Source of the DNA: Candidatus Kuenenia stuttgartensis
GTDB taxonomy: Bacteria > Planctomycetota > UBA11346
NCBI GenBank assembly: GCA_945876185.1
Contig: CAMCMZ010000010.1
Location: 4,614-68,613 of the forward strand
Reading direction: 5' to 3'
DNA length: 64,000 bases
The position numbers and the translations under genes are program-made. The notes under the pieces are model-generated. The model searched no databases and was not told where the DNA came from. It saw only the letters and a program-made list of their open reading frames with translations. Every line of letters starts with the position of its first letter. Within the stretch, counting starts at the first letter, position 1. This document shows, in pieces, positions 51,379-61,120 of this stretch.

Positions 51379-51827
51379 AATCCAAGATCCTCTTCCTGTG
51401 CACCGGCAATTCCTGCCGCTCGCAGATGGCCGAGGCCTGGTGCCGGGCCCTGCAGTCCGACCGCTACGAGGCATTTTCCGCCGGCACCATCGCCAAGGGG
51501 CTGAACCCCAAGATGGTCCAGGTGATGCGGGAACTCGGTATCGACCCGACCATTCACCAGACCTCGAAGACGCTGACGAGCGTGCTCGACGCCGGGGTAA
51601 AACTTGATCTCGTCGTCACCGTCTGCGGTCACGCCCACGAGACCTGCCCGCTGTTTCCGGGTGGAAAAACCAAGGTCGTGCACGTTGGCTTTGACGATCC
51701 GCCGGAACTTGAGAAGACCGCCGCCACGCCAGAGGAGGCGTTCGGCCATTACCGCCGTGTCCGGGATGAGATCCGTGCATTCATCGCTGCCTTGCCCGAA
51801 TCCTTGCCTAATTCCCTGCCTGTTTGA
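51375..51827 (+). CDS. arsC: Arsenate reductase, LMW-PTPase type
   Basis: KILFLCTGNSCRSQMAE (the CX5R P-loop), plus downstream Cys residues in VTVCGHAHETCP. The start overlaps the aqpS stop (ATGA at 51375-51378). Confidence 0.9.
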   Translation: MKSKILFLCTGNSCRSQMAEAWCRALQSDRYEAFSAGTIAKGLNPKMVQVMRELGIDPTIHQTSKTLTSVLDAGVKLDLVVTVCGHAHETCPLFPGGKTKVVHVGFDDPPELEKTAATPEEAFGHYRRVRDEIRAFIAALPESLPNSLPV

Positions 51828-51847
51828 CCCAACCTGGAGAAATCACC

Positions 51848-52765
51848 ATGACCCTACCCGACATCCGCACCACCGTCCGCGAGAAATACGGTGCCATGGC
51901 CCGCGCCGGCGTCCCCGGCAAGGCCGGACGTGAATCCGCAGGCAGCGCTGGCGGTTGCTGCTCGCCATCGTCGACCACCAGTTCCACGAACGCCTGCTGC
52001 GCCCCGGCCGCCGATCCGACCGCGTTGGCGGCAGCGATCGGCTATGACGCCGGCGAACTGGCGCGCATCCTGCCCGAAGGCGCGAATCTCGGGCTTTCTT
52101 GCGGTAATCCCGGTGCGATTGCGGCGTTGAAACCCGGCGAGACCGTGCTCGACCTCGGCAGCGGCGCGGGTTTCGATGCGTTCCTCTGTGGGCCGAAGGT
52201 CGGTGCGACCGGCCGCGTCATCGGCGTCGACATGACCGCCGACATGCTCGCCCGGGCACGCGGCAACCTCGCCGGCTACACCGCGCGCACCGGCCTCGCC
52301 AACGTCGAGTTCCGCCTGGGCGAGATCGAGCACCTGCCGGTCGCCGACGCCAGCGTCGACGTGGTGATCTCGAACTGCGTCATCAATCTTTCACCGGATA
52401 AACCCCAGGTCTGGCGCGAGATCGCCCGGGTGCTGAAACCCGGCGGCCGGGTCGCGGTGAGCGACATGGTGCTGCTGCGGCCGCTGCCCGAGGGCGTGCG
52501 CACGGCGGTCGAGGCCTACGTCGGCTGCATCGCCGGCGCCTCGCTGCTGGATGATCTGCGAGCGATGCTGACGGACGCTGGACTGGTGCGCCTCGCCCTG
52601 ATCCCCAAGCCGGCCTACGTTGCGACGCTCAGCGCCAACGACGATCCGCTCTACCGTGAGGTCCAGTCCGCCCTGCCGCCCGGCACGATGCCGGCGGACT
52701 TCATCACCAGCATGGACATCAGCGCCCAGCGGCCTTCAGCGTGCTGCGCCCCCGGTTGCTGCTGA
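51848..52765 (+). CDS. arsM: Arsenite S-adenosylmethionine methyltransferase
   Basis: N-terminus VREKYG, a Cys-rich tract GGCCSPS...ACC, LSCGNP, SAM motif [11 protein letters not shown] and VISNCVINL. An alternative TTG start lies at 51824. Confidence 0.85.
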   Translation: MTLPDIRTTVREKYGAMARAGVPGKAGRESAGSAGGCCSPSSTTSSTNACCAPAADPTALAAAIGYDAGELARILPEGANLGLSCGNPGAIAALKPGETVLDLGSGAGFDAFLCGPKVGATGRVIGVDMTADMLARARGNLAGYTARTGLANVEFRLGEIEHLPVADASVDVVISNCVINLSPDKPQVWREIARVLKPGGRVAVSDMVLLRPLPEGVRTAVEAYVGCIAGASLLDDLRAMLTDAGLVRLALIPKPAYVATLSANDDPLYREVQSALPPGTMPADFITSMDISAQRPSACCAPGCC

Positions 52766-52777
52766 CGTTTTCCCTGC

Positions 52778-53641
52778 ATGGCGACCATCCTGCATCAGCA
52801 TTCCAGCGACGGCCCGGTCGCCATCCTCGGCTGCGTCTATGGCAACGTCCCGGCCCTGCGGGCGTGCCTGGCCGACGCCAGGTCGGCCGGGGCGACCCTG
52901 CGGATCTTCCTGGGCGACCTCACCGGGATGTGCGGCCACAGCGATGAGGTCGTCGATCTCGTGCGCGCCGCGTGCGAGGTCATCATCGCCGGCAACCACG
53001 AACAGCAGGCGGCGATCGGTTCCGCCTCCTGCGGTTGTGGCCACCGTGATGCCGAGGATGAACGCCGCAGTTGCGCCGCCCACGCCTTTGCAATGGCGAG
53101 TCTGAGCGACAGCCGACGGGCGTGGATGGCCGACCTGGCGGATTCCGGCGTAGTCGACCTGCCCTGGGGTCGCATCCTTTGCTGCCACGGCAGTCCCGAC
53201 CGCAGCAACGAATTCCTCTACGCCAGCACCTGCGACGATGCGCGATTGACCGCCTGGCTGGATGCAACCGGGGCCAGCGTCCTGGCCTGCACCCACACCG
53301 GCCTGCCGTGGGTGCGCGGTTTGCCCGGTGCCCGTTTGCCTGGTGCCCGCCTGCCTGGTGATCGCATCGCCGTGAACTGCGGTGCCGCCGGGACGCCCGA
53401 TCACGACGGTGACGCGGCCGTCCACTATGCTCTGCTGTCGCGGTCATCGCGTGGCGACCCTGAGGTCGCAATCCGTCGGGTCGCCTACGACCACACCGCC
53501 TGGGTCGAGCAAATCCTGGGCGAGGGCGCCGACGCCCGCATGGTGGAGACGCTGCGCACGGGTTGGAAGACCTATGGGCTGGCCAACTTGCCCGAGGCGG
53601 AACGCCACCGCGCTGCCGCCGCACGGGCCACCTCACCCTGA
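52778..53641 (+). CDS. Atypical metallophosphoesterase-family protein with a Cys-rich insert
   Basis: Motifs FLGDL and AGNHE are present, and CHGSP is retained. The first DxH motif is replaced by GCVYGN. The Cys-rich insert is GSASCGCGHRDAEDERRSC. It contains an in-frame 15-bp triple repeat (LPGAR LPGAR LPGDR). Confidence 0.65.
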   Translation: MATILHQHSSDGPVAILGCVYGNVPALRACLADARSAGATLRIFLGDLTGMCGHSDEVVDLVRAACEVIIAGNHEQQAAIGSASCGCGHRDAEDERRSCAAHAFAMASLSDSRRAWMADLADSGVVDLPWGRILCCHGSPDRSNEFLYASTCDDARLTAWLDATGASVLACTHTGLPWVRGLPGARLPGARLPGDRIAVNCGAAGTPDHDGDAAVHYALLSRSSRGDPEVAIRRVAYDHTAWVEQILGEGADARMVETLRTGWKTYGLANLPEAERHRAAAARATSP

Positions 53642-53791
53642 CCCACCCTGACCCTGGTTGCTTGGCGATCGTATTGACGCTGATCAAGGCCGGCTGATTC
53701 CCGGCTTTCATCCTGCGACGCGGCTGGCACGGTCGCATTCCATTGCCACGCCCTTTCCCGTTCTGCTGCGTCCGCCAAGACAAGGATCACC

Positions 53792-54589
53792 ATGTCGACG
53801 TCAACTTCACCCGATCAGGATTCCCGTCAGCTCATGGTCCTGGCGGCGCAGGTTCCCCCGCGCCTGCCATTGACGCATGACGAATCGGCCCGGGTGGCTG
53901 CTGCGTTGGCCCGTTTCGGCGCCGGCCTCACCGAACATCTGACCACCACCAAGGTGGCGCTGGCCGGCCCGGCCGGTTCTACCGCCGCCGGCGAACGACT
54001 GATCGCCGAATCCCACGCTCTCGAAGTCGCTGCCCTGGATGGCACCTGGTCCGGATTCGCCTCGCATTGGAGCGATGCGTCGGTGATCGCCCGTGAACCA
54101 GCGGCTTTCGCCACCGCCTGGGAGACCTTCTCCATCGCCCTGAACCGGCTCCTCGCGCGCGAGGCCGGCCAGGTGTTTGTCCCTGGATCATCCGCCTCCG
54201 GCCCGGCCGTCGCTCCGCCGCGGACCGGCAGCGCCAAGCTCGACACCGATCATGCGCGCATCTTCGCCCTGATCGCCGCCCTGCGCGAGCAAACCGGCGA
54301 GGTCGGGGCTGGGATCATCGCCGAACTGGTCACCTATGCCGAGGAGCATTTCGATCTGGAGGAACAACTGATGGAGGCCAGCGCGTATCCCGGTCGCCAG
54401 GACCACCGCCAGGAGCACCACCGCTGCCGCACCATCGTGCTCGGATTCCGCAATGACTACCTGGATGGTCGCATCGTCGATCCAGGGTCCGTCCTTGGTT
54501 TCTTTGAAGGCTGGCTGGTCACCCACATCGCCCACACCGACCAGGCGATGGCAGAACACTTGCGCGCGGCGGGGCTGATCCCGGCCTGA
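53792..54589 (+). CDS. Protein with a C-terminal bacteriohemerythrin domain and an unknown N-terminal domain
   Basis: The C-terminal ~130 aa carry hemerythrin His/Glu ligand spacing: DTDHARIF...YAEEHFDLEEQLM...HRQEHHRC...WLVTHIAHTDQ. Confidence 0.7.
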   Translation: MSTSTSPDQDSRQLMVLAAQVPPRLPLTHDESARVAAALARFGAGLTEHLTTTKVALAGPAGSTAAGERLIAESHALEVAALDGTWSGFASHWSDASVIAREPAAFATAWETFSIALNRLLAREAGQVFVPGSSASGPAVAPPRTGSAKLDTDHARIFALIAALREQTGEVGAGIIAELVTYAEEHFDLEEQLMEASAYPGRQDHRQEHHRCRTIVLGFRNDYLDGRIVDPGSVLGFFEGWLVTHIAHTDQAMAEHLRAAGLIPA

Positions 54590-54777
54590 CGCGATTCAGC
54601 CCAGGCCGGAAGCCAACCGGGGCTGACCGCCAGCAATCGGCAACTTTTTGCGGTCGCCTGGGTTTGCGGGGTTGAGTTGAGACGTGTCGTGCCCCAACCC
54701 AATTGCCTGAGTGAACCGGATCAGCACCGTCGTTTTCCCGCGCTGATCGAATGCACCCGGTTGGCCAGAGGAATCGC

Positions 54778-57186
54778 ATGCCCCAGACCCAGTCCCTGAC
54801 TCTGCACCGCACACCGTCTGAGATCGTCTTCCGCACGCCGCCGGGCCGCTGGGAAGAGGGCCTGTTCTTCGGCAACGGCATCCAGGGCGGCATTCTGTCC
54901 GGCCATCGCACCCATGAGCGTCTGATCCTCAACCGTCAGGGGCTTTGGCTGCCGGCGGCGGATCCGAAACGGGTTCGCCAGCCGGTGGCGCACGTCCTGC
55001 CCGAGGTCCGCCGGCTCATCCTGGCTGGGCATCCCGACCAGGCCGAAGTGCTGTGGAAACGCGCAGCCAAGGACGCGGGCTGGATGTACGTCTACAGCGA
55101 TCCCTGCCATCCGGCCGGCGAGGTGCGGTTCACCCCTGAATATGGCGGGCTTTTCCAGGGCTGGCGGCGCGCCGTGGACTGCACCCGGGGCGTAGTGCGC
55201 GCCTGGTGGACGGAAGCCGATGGCGCCAGCCTGGAACGCAGCGCGTTTTCCAGCCGGACCGATGCCGTCACCGTCCTTCGGCTTGGCTGCGACCGTCCTG
55301 GCCGGATCACCGGCCGCCTGATCCTGCAACCGGTGGATCCGGGTGCCGAGTCGATCTGGCTCGGCACGACCTTTCCGGGCCTGGATCCGGAAGGCTGGCG
55401 TGGTCGCACGGTGCCGGTGAAGGACCTCATCCGCACCGTGACCACGGTCGAATCAGGCGGCTGGCACTTGCGCGGCGATTACACCCATGGCGGCGGCTGG
55501 GGCGTGGTCGCCCGCCTGGTGGTGTGGGGGGGATCCGTGACCTGGGACGGGACCAGTGTGGTGCTGGTGGGCTGCGATGAGGTCCTGGTGCTCAGTTCGG
55601 TCTACGTCGGCGATCATGGCCAGGCGGGTCCGGAACGCTCGCGTCTTGAGGCGATCGCGGCCGACCACGATACGCTGCTGCAGCGCCATGCCGAGGCGCA
55701 TGCGGCGCAGTTCGATCGTTGCCAGCTCGATCTGGGCGGATCCCAGGATGGGCGCAGCGTCGAGGAACTGATCCTGGATGCCGGCGATGGGCCGGTGCCT
55801 CCGGCGCTGATCGAGCACCTGCACGCGTTCGGCCGTTACCTGCTGCTGGCCTGCGCCGGGGGCGAGGAACCCCCGCACCTGCAAGGGATCTGGTCCGGGG
55901 TCTGGCGCCCGCCGTGGTTCGGCAACTACACCCAGGATGAGAACGTCCAGATGATGCACTGGGCGGTCGAGCCGGGTCGTTTGGAGGCCTGCGCCCAACC
56001 GCTGCTGGCGTACTTCGCACGCCAACGCGAGGACTGGGCCCGCAATGCCCGCGAATTGTTTGGTTGCCGCGGACTGCTCGCCCCTCTGCTGCAGTCTGCC
56101 AACGACGGTCGGGCCGACTGCGCTGAGTGGCATTTTTTTCTCAGCGGCACGGGTTGGCTTGCTGGTCACGCCTGGGATCGCTGGCTGTTCTCGGGCGACC
56201 GCCAGGTGCTGGAACACGACTGCCTGCCGTTGCTGGAGGGCATCGCCGCGTTCTATGTCGATTTCCTCATCCCGCTCGCCGACGGCCGACTTCACTGCGT
56301 GCCGTCGCTGTCGATCGAGAACCATCCCCTGGAATGGCCGGCCCGGACCAGCATCGACGCGACCATCGATATCGCCGTGGTGCGCGAGGTGCTCGACCGG
56401 GTGATCGTCGCGTCCCAGACGCTCGACCGCAACGCCGACCTCATCCCGCTTTGGCGTTCGATCCTCGATCGCCTGCCCGCCTACCGGATCAACGAACTCG
56501 GCGGCCTCGCGGAATGGATCCCGCCTCAGTTGAAGGACAACGTCCACCATCGGCACATCTCGCACCTGTATCCGCTCTTCCCGGGACGCGAGATCGACGC
56601 GCACCGCAACCCGGAACTGTTCCGCGCCGCCCGCATCGCCCTCGATCAGCGACGGGTGGTCGGGGTGCGCAGCCAGACCTCGTGGTCGCACATCCATCTG
56701 GCCCACGCCTATGCCTCGACCGGATCAGGCGTCGAGGCCTCGGAATGTCTTGATGTGGTCATCCGGGCCTGCGTCATGGCCAACCTCATGATCAGTCACG
56801 ACGACCGGCGCGGCACCGGCCTGGCGATGGGGGCGATCGGCGGCGATGGACGCTGGCAGCTCGACGCCAGCCTGGGCCTGACCTCGCTGTGCTATCACCT
56901 GCTGGTGCAGAGCAGCGAGGATTCCATCACCATCCTGCCCGCCCTGCCGCCGCATTGGCGCACCGGCCGCATCGGCTCTGTAGCGACGCGTTGCCGGGTC
57001 GACCTCACCGTGGCCTGGGATCTCGACGCCGGTCGTTGCGATCTCGACCTGCATCCGCGCAACGGCGCGCCGGAATCCATCCGCATCGAGGCCGGTTCCG
57101 GCTGGAGTGGCGTCGGTGTCACGCGCATTCCAGCCTCTGGGGTACGCCTCACCCTGCGGCGTGCGGGCGTCCCTGTTGCCCGCTGA
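54778..57186 (+). CDS. Glycoside hydrolase family 95-like (alpha-L-fucosidase type)
   Basis: GH95-like N-terminus: WEEGLFFGNGIQGGILSG...ERLILNRQGLW. The central signature is LQGIWSGVWRPPWFGNYTQDENVQMMHW. The length is typical of GH95. An alternative ATG lies at 54751. Confidence 0.75.
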   Translation: MPQTQSLTLHRTPSEIVFRTPPGRWEEGLFFGNGIQGGILSGHRTHERLILNRQGLWLPAADPKRVRQPVAHVLPEVRRLILAGHPDQAEVLWKRAAKDAGWMYVYSDPCHPAGEVRFTPEYGGLFQGWRRAVDCTRGVVRAWWTEADGASLERSAFSSRTDAVTVLRLGCDRPGRITGRLILQPVDPGAESIWLGTTFPGLDPEGWRGRTVPVKDLIRTVTTVESGGWHLRGDYTHGGGWGVVARLVVWGGSVTWDGTSVVLVGCDEVLVLSSVYVGDHGQAGPERSRLEAIAADHDTLLQRHAEAHAAQFDRCQLDLGGSQDGRSVEELILDAGDGPVPPALIEHLHAFGRYLLLACAGGEEPPHLQGIWSGVWRPPWFGNYTQDENVQMMHWAVEPGRLEACAQPLLAYFARQREDWARNARELFGCRGLLAPLLQSANDGRADCAEWHFFLSGTGWLAGHAWDRWLFSGDRQVLEHDCLPLLEGIAAFYVDFLIPLADGRLHCVPSLSIENHPLEWPARTSIDATIDIAVVREVLDRVIVASQTLDRNADLIPLWRSILDRLPAYRINELGGLAEWIPPQLKDNVHHRHISHLYPLFPGREIDAHRNPELFRAARIALDQRRVVGVRSQTSWSHIHLAHAYASTGSGVEASECLDVVIRACVMANLMISHDDRRGTGLAMGAIGGDGRWQLDASLGLTSLCYHLLVQSSEDSITILPALPPHWRTGRIGSVATRCRVDLTVAWDLDAGRCDLDLHPRNGAPESIRIEAGSGWSGVGVTRIPASGVRLTLRRAGVPVAR

Positions 57187-57222
57187 TCGCTGCGAATCCA
57201 GGTGCCACTAGCGCCTGTGAGA

Positions 57223-59748
57223 TCACTCCTCGCGCAGCACCGCCAGCGGCGGGACGTGCCAGGCGCTGCGGGTGGTGATCAGCGCGGTACCGGTCGCGGT
57301 GCTGCTGAGGACCAGGATCAGGGCCGTGACTTCCAGCCAGGGAATGGTCAGGGAAACCTGCATCTGGCTGGTGGTCAGCAGCAGGCCACCGACCAGACCG
57401 GCGGCGCTGCCCAGCACGGCTGCGACGATTGTGGCAGTGCCGAACTCGACCGCCAAGGCGAGCGCGACCGTGCGACGGGTGCCACCCAGGGCACGGATCA
57501 GCGCTGATTCCTGGCGGCGTGCGCGGGCCATCGCCGCGGCGGTGCCGGCGACCACGGCCAGTCCGGCCAGCAACGCCACCACCGCGACCGCCGCGATGCC
57601 GGCGGACAGCCGTGCGACCAGGGCACGAGCCTTCACGGTGGCATCGCCGATGTCGATCGCAGTGATGTTGGGAAAGCGGCGGGCGAGGTCGGCGGTGAAG
57701 GTTTGCCGCAGGGGCGTGGCCATGGTCGGGATGGTGCCGATCCAGACGGCCGGGGCGCCGCTCAAGGCTGCCGGGGCGCAAGTGATGAACATGTTGGGCT
57801 GAAAGGTCAGCCAGTCGATGCGGCGCAACCCGGTGATGGTCAGTTCGATCTCGACGCCCTGGACATCGAAGCGCAGACGCGAGCCCAGGCGCACGCCGAC
57901 CTGATCCGCCCAGCGGGTCTCCACCGCGCACTCGGTCGCCGCCTGCGGCCAACGGCCGGCGATGAGGTGCTCGCCGGGTCCCGGCGCGACCGCCCAGGTC
58001 AGGTTCTGCTCCCGTCGATGGAAAAACGCCCTGCGTTCTGCCTCGCGGGAGCGCAGCGCGACGGCCTCGCCGGCTGCCTTCGTCTCCACTCCGTCGATGG
58101 CTTGCAGCCGGGCGCGCACCAGGGGACGCAGATTGGGAACGAGCCCGCGTTCACCCAGGAAGGCCGTGAACGCCGCCTGCTGATCATCCTGCACGTCGAG
58201 GACGAAGAACCCAGGCAGCTGGGTCAGGCGATCCGGCGCGAGCTCAGCCAGGATCGAGCCACGCAGGGTGAGCAGGGCGCTGCCCAGGGCGGCGGCCAGG
58301 CCGAGGGCCACCAGCAGCGTGCCGCCGCTGCGGCTCAGGTTCGCCCAACCCTGGCGCAGGGCGAAGGACGGCGGTTTGAGGCGGGCGATCACGGGCAGGA
58401 GCAACCCGCCTGCCAGGGCGAGGCCGCCGGCCAGGATGAACGCGCCGGCCGCGATCGACGGCCCGATGAGCCACGAACGGACCTCCACGGCGGCGAGGAT
58501 CAGGGTGGTTCCCAGGGTTGCAGCCAGGATGAGGGCGGTCGTCACCCACGGGATGGCCGCCGGCGCCTCGCCACGCAGCACGGCGAGCGGAGCCATCCGC
58601 GCCAGGGTCAAGGTGGGAACCAGGGTGGAAACCAGGGCGGCGGCGATCCCCAGGACGAGGCCCAGAGCCAGGTCGATGGTCAGCGGCCAGGCCGGTGCCA
58701 GGCCCATCGCCAGGGTGGCGCCGGTCGCCAAGCCGGCCCCCAGGCCGGTGCCGAGCAGACCGCCAGCCAGACCCAGGCCGACGGCCTGGAGCAGGAAGAC
58801 ACCGGCGACGCTGGTGCGATCCGCCCCGAGCACGCGCAGCACGGCCAGGTCTTCAGCCTGGGTCAGCATCATGGCGCGGGCCAGGGCGGCGACGCCGATC
58901 GCGCCAAGACCCAGGGCGAACAACGCCACCAGACGCAGGAAGTCGGCCCCGCGCGCGATGGCGCGGGCGGCGGTCTGCGCCGCCTCGCCTGCCGTACGCA
59001 CGCTGACCTGATCGCCGGCGGGCCCCGGCCCCATGATTTCCAGCGGCGCTTCGCTGAGCTTGAGTCGGTGGCGCAAGGCCGTCGCGACGGCCAGTGCGTC
59101 GGCAGGATCCGGCACCGTCGCGAGCAGGTGGAACCGGGCCCGGATGCCCGGATCGCCCAGTCCAGCCGGCCCCAAGGCTGCGAGCGGCACGTACACCTTG
59201 GGCCCCAGGCGGAAGGCGCTGCCACCGTTGCCGGGTTCAGAAACGATGCTGCCGACAATGCGGAAGTGGCCCCGTCCCAGGACCAATTCATCCCCGACCT
59301 GCAGTTTCAGGCGCGGCAGCAGATCGGGATCGACCAGCGCTGCCTGCGGACTCCGTCCCAGGTCAATGACGCTGGCGACCGGTTCGCCACCCAGTGCCCC
59401 AACGAGCGGCCAGCCCTCGCCGATCGCGGCGAGTTCGACCATGACCGCCTGGCCGCCGCCGGCAGCCATCGCGGTCAGGGTGCGCAGTTCAGCGGTGCGC
59501 GAACCCGGCGGCAGCACGGCGGCGAGCGACTCGCGCACGGCGGATTCCAGCGGCCGGGCGGATGAGACCTCCAGGTCGGCAGCAATCAGGCTGCGTGCCT
59601 CGCGCGCGAGGTGGGCTTCGAACGCTGCCACGGTGCCGGTGACCGCCCCGCGCGCCGCCACCCCGATCGCGATGCAGGCCAGGGCCAGCACGGCCAGGCC
59701 GCGGCGGCCGACGAGCAGGCGCCACGCCAGGCGGATCCGGGCGGTCAT
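57223..59748 (-). CDS. ABC transporter permease with duplicated FtsX-like domains (YbbP-like)
   Basis: About 10 TM segments in two FtsX-type modules. The ATG at 59748 lies 1 nt downstream of the stop codon of the upstream ATPase gene. Confidence 0.85.
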   Translation of the reverse strand: MTARIRLAWRLLVGRRGLAVLALACIAIGVAARGAVTGTVAAFEAHLAREARSLIAADLEVSSARPLESAVRESLAAVLPPGSRTAELRTLTAMAAGGGQAVMVELAAIGEGWPLVGALGGEPVASVIDLGRSPQAALVDPDLLPRLKLQVGDELVLGRGHFRIVGSIVSEPGNGGSAFRLGPKVYVPLAALGPAGLGDPGIRARFHLLATVPDPADALAVATALRHRLKLSEAPLEIMGPGPAGDQVSVRTAGEAAQTAARAIARGADFLRLVALFALGLGAIGVAALARAMMLTQAEDLAVLRVLGADRTSVAGVFLLQAVGLGLAGGLLGTGLGAGLATGATLAMGLAPAWPLTIDLALGLVLGIAAALVSTLVPTLTLARMAPLAVLRGEAPAAIPWVTTALILAATLGTTLILAAVEVRSWLIGPSIAAGAFILAGGLALAGGLLLPVIARLKPPSFALRQGWANLSRSGGTLLVALGLAAALGSALLTLRGSILAELAPDRLTQLPGFFVLDVQDDQQAAFTAFLGERGLVPNLRPLVRARLQAIDGVETKAAGEAVALRSREAERRAFFHRREQNLTWAVAPGPGEHLIAGRWPQAATECAVETRWADQVGVRLGSRLRFDVQGVEIELTITGLRRIDWLTFQPNMFITCAPAALSGAPAVWIGTIPTMATPLRQTFTADLARRFPNITAIDIGDATVKARALVARLSAGIAAVAVVALLAGLAVVAGTAAAMARARRQESALIRALGGTRRTVALALAVEFGTATIVAAVLGSAAGLVGGLLLTTSQMQVSLTIPWLEVTALILVLSSTATGTALITTRSAWHVPPLAVLREE

Positions 59749-59749
59749 G

Positions 59750-60412
59750 TCAGGCCTGCACGCGGCCGTCGACCAGCCGCAGCTGACGGGCGCAGCGCGC
59801 GGCCACCCGTTCATCGTGGGTCACCAGCACCAGGGTGGTCCGGCGCTCGGCCGCGAGGGAAAACAGCAGATCGGCGAGGTCGGCGCCGGTGCGCTGATCG
59901 AGGCTGCCGGTCGGTTCATCGGCGAAGATCAGGGCCGGATCGTTGGCGAGTGCCCGCGCCACCGCCACGCGCTGTTGTTCGCCGCCTGACAACTGGCGCG
60001 GCTGATGGTCGCGCCGGGCGCCCAGCCCGACCCGTTCCAGCCAGGCGATGGCGCGAGTGGTCGCGTCCGCCGCGCCGGCGAGATCAAGCGGAGTGCGGAC
60101 GTTTTCCAGCGCGCTGAGCGCCGGCAGCAGGCGATGCGACTGGAAGACGAAACCCATGCGGCGGGCTCGGAAGGCGGCGCTCTCGCTGTCGCTAAACGCG
60201 GACAGATCGCGACCTTCGATCTCGATCCGGCCCCGGCTCGGCTGATCGAGTCCGGCGAGCAGGCCGAGCAGGGTGCTCTTGCCCGAGCCGGACGGTCCGA
60301 CCACGGCGAGGGACTCGCCGGCCTCGAGTGAGAACGTGATGCCATCGAGCACGGTCAGCGGGCCGCTGGGGGTCGGGTAGTCGCGGCCGAGGTGGTGGGC
60401 GGAGAGGATCAT
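59750..60412 (-). CDS. ABC transporter ATP-binding protein (YbbA/LolD-like)
   Basis: Walker [12 protein letters not shown], signature [15 protein letters not shown] and Walker [13 protein letters not shown]. Confidence 0.9.
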   Translation of the reverse strand: MILSAHHLGRDYPTPSGPLTVLDGITFSLEAGESLAVVGPSGSGKSTLLGLLAGLDQPSRGRIEIEGRDLSAFSDSESAAFRARRMGFVFQSHRLLPALSALENVRTPLDLAGAADATTRAIAWLERVGLGARRDHQPRQLSGGEQQRVAVARALANDPALIFADEPTGSLDQRTGADLADLLFSLAAERRTTLVLVTHDERVAARCARQLRLVDGRVQA

Positions 60413-60417
60413 GGGGA

Positions 60418-60441
60418 AATGCTTGAGTGCTTGAATGCTGG
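60418..60441. repeat. Three-unit copy of the 8-bp AATGCTTG repeat family
   Basis: aatgcttg, agtgcttg, aatgctgg. It almost fills the 31-nt spacer between the tesA-like stop (60444) and the ABC ATPase start (60412). On the coding strand it ends CAAGCATTTCCCC-ATG, the same terminal motif seen at 31358-31370 in the large array. Confidence 0.7.
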
Positions 60442-60443
60442 GA

Positions 60444-61058
60444 TCAGGGGCGTGGCTTGGGTTTGAGCAGCGGTTTCAGCCAGGTGAGAACCTTGGCGGC
60501 GATGATCTTCTGGCCTTCGACGTTGGGGTGGATCAGGTCGGGCTGGTTGTAGCGGGGGTCGAGGGCGATGCCCTCCAGCAGGAAGGGCAGCAGCGGCAGG
60601 TCCAACTGCTTGGCCAGGCGCGGGTACACGTTGTCAAATGCGGCGCGGTAGTCGGGGCCGAGGTTGCCCGGCACGCGCATGCCGATCAGCGCGGCGGCGG
60701 CGCCGGTGGCGCGGACCTTGGCGACGATGGCACGCAGGTTCGCCTCAAGTTGCGTCACCGGCAGGCCGCGCAGGCCATCGTTGCCACCGAGCGCGATCAC
60801 CACCAGATCCGGCTTGGCTTTCAACACCCAGTCGATCCGGCGCAGGCCGCCGGCGCTGGTGTCGCCCGAGACCCCGGCGTTTACCACCCGCCAAGTGGCG
60901 GTGGCACGATCCTTGGCCAAGTCAGCCGCGATCAGCGCGGGGTAGGCCTGCTCCGCCGTCAACCCGTGCCCGGCAGTGAGGGAATCGCCAAGGAAAACCA
61001 CGGATTCGGCGGACAGTGCGGCGAGCGCCAAGAACAGGACCAGGATGCGGACGACCAT
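60444..61058 (-). CDS. SGNH/GDSL hydrolase, TesA-like arylesterase/thioesterase
   Basis: Signal peptide present. Block I is VFLGDSLTAG, block III is LGGNDGLRG and block V is DLIHPN. Confidence 0.85.
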   Translation of the reverse strand: MVVRILVLFLALAALSAESVVFLGDSLTAGHGLTAEQAYPALIAADLAKDRATATWRVVNAGVSGDTSAGGLRRIDWVLKAKPDLVVIALGGNDGLRGLPVTQLEANLRAIVAKVRATGAAAALIGMRVPGNLGPDYRAAFDNVYPRLAKQLDLPLLPFLLEGIALDPRYNQPDLIHPNVEGQKIIAAKVLTWLKPLLKPKPRP

Positions 61059-61120
61059 GGCGTGAACCTACGAGCGGCGCCGGCGCCGCCATGCCAGGCA
61101 TTCCGACCTGGGACGTGCGG

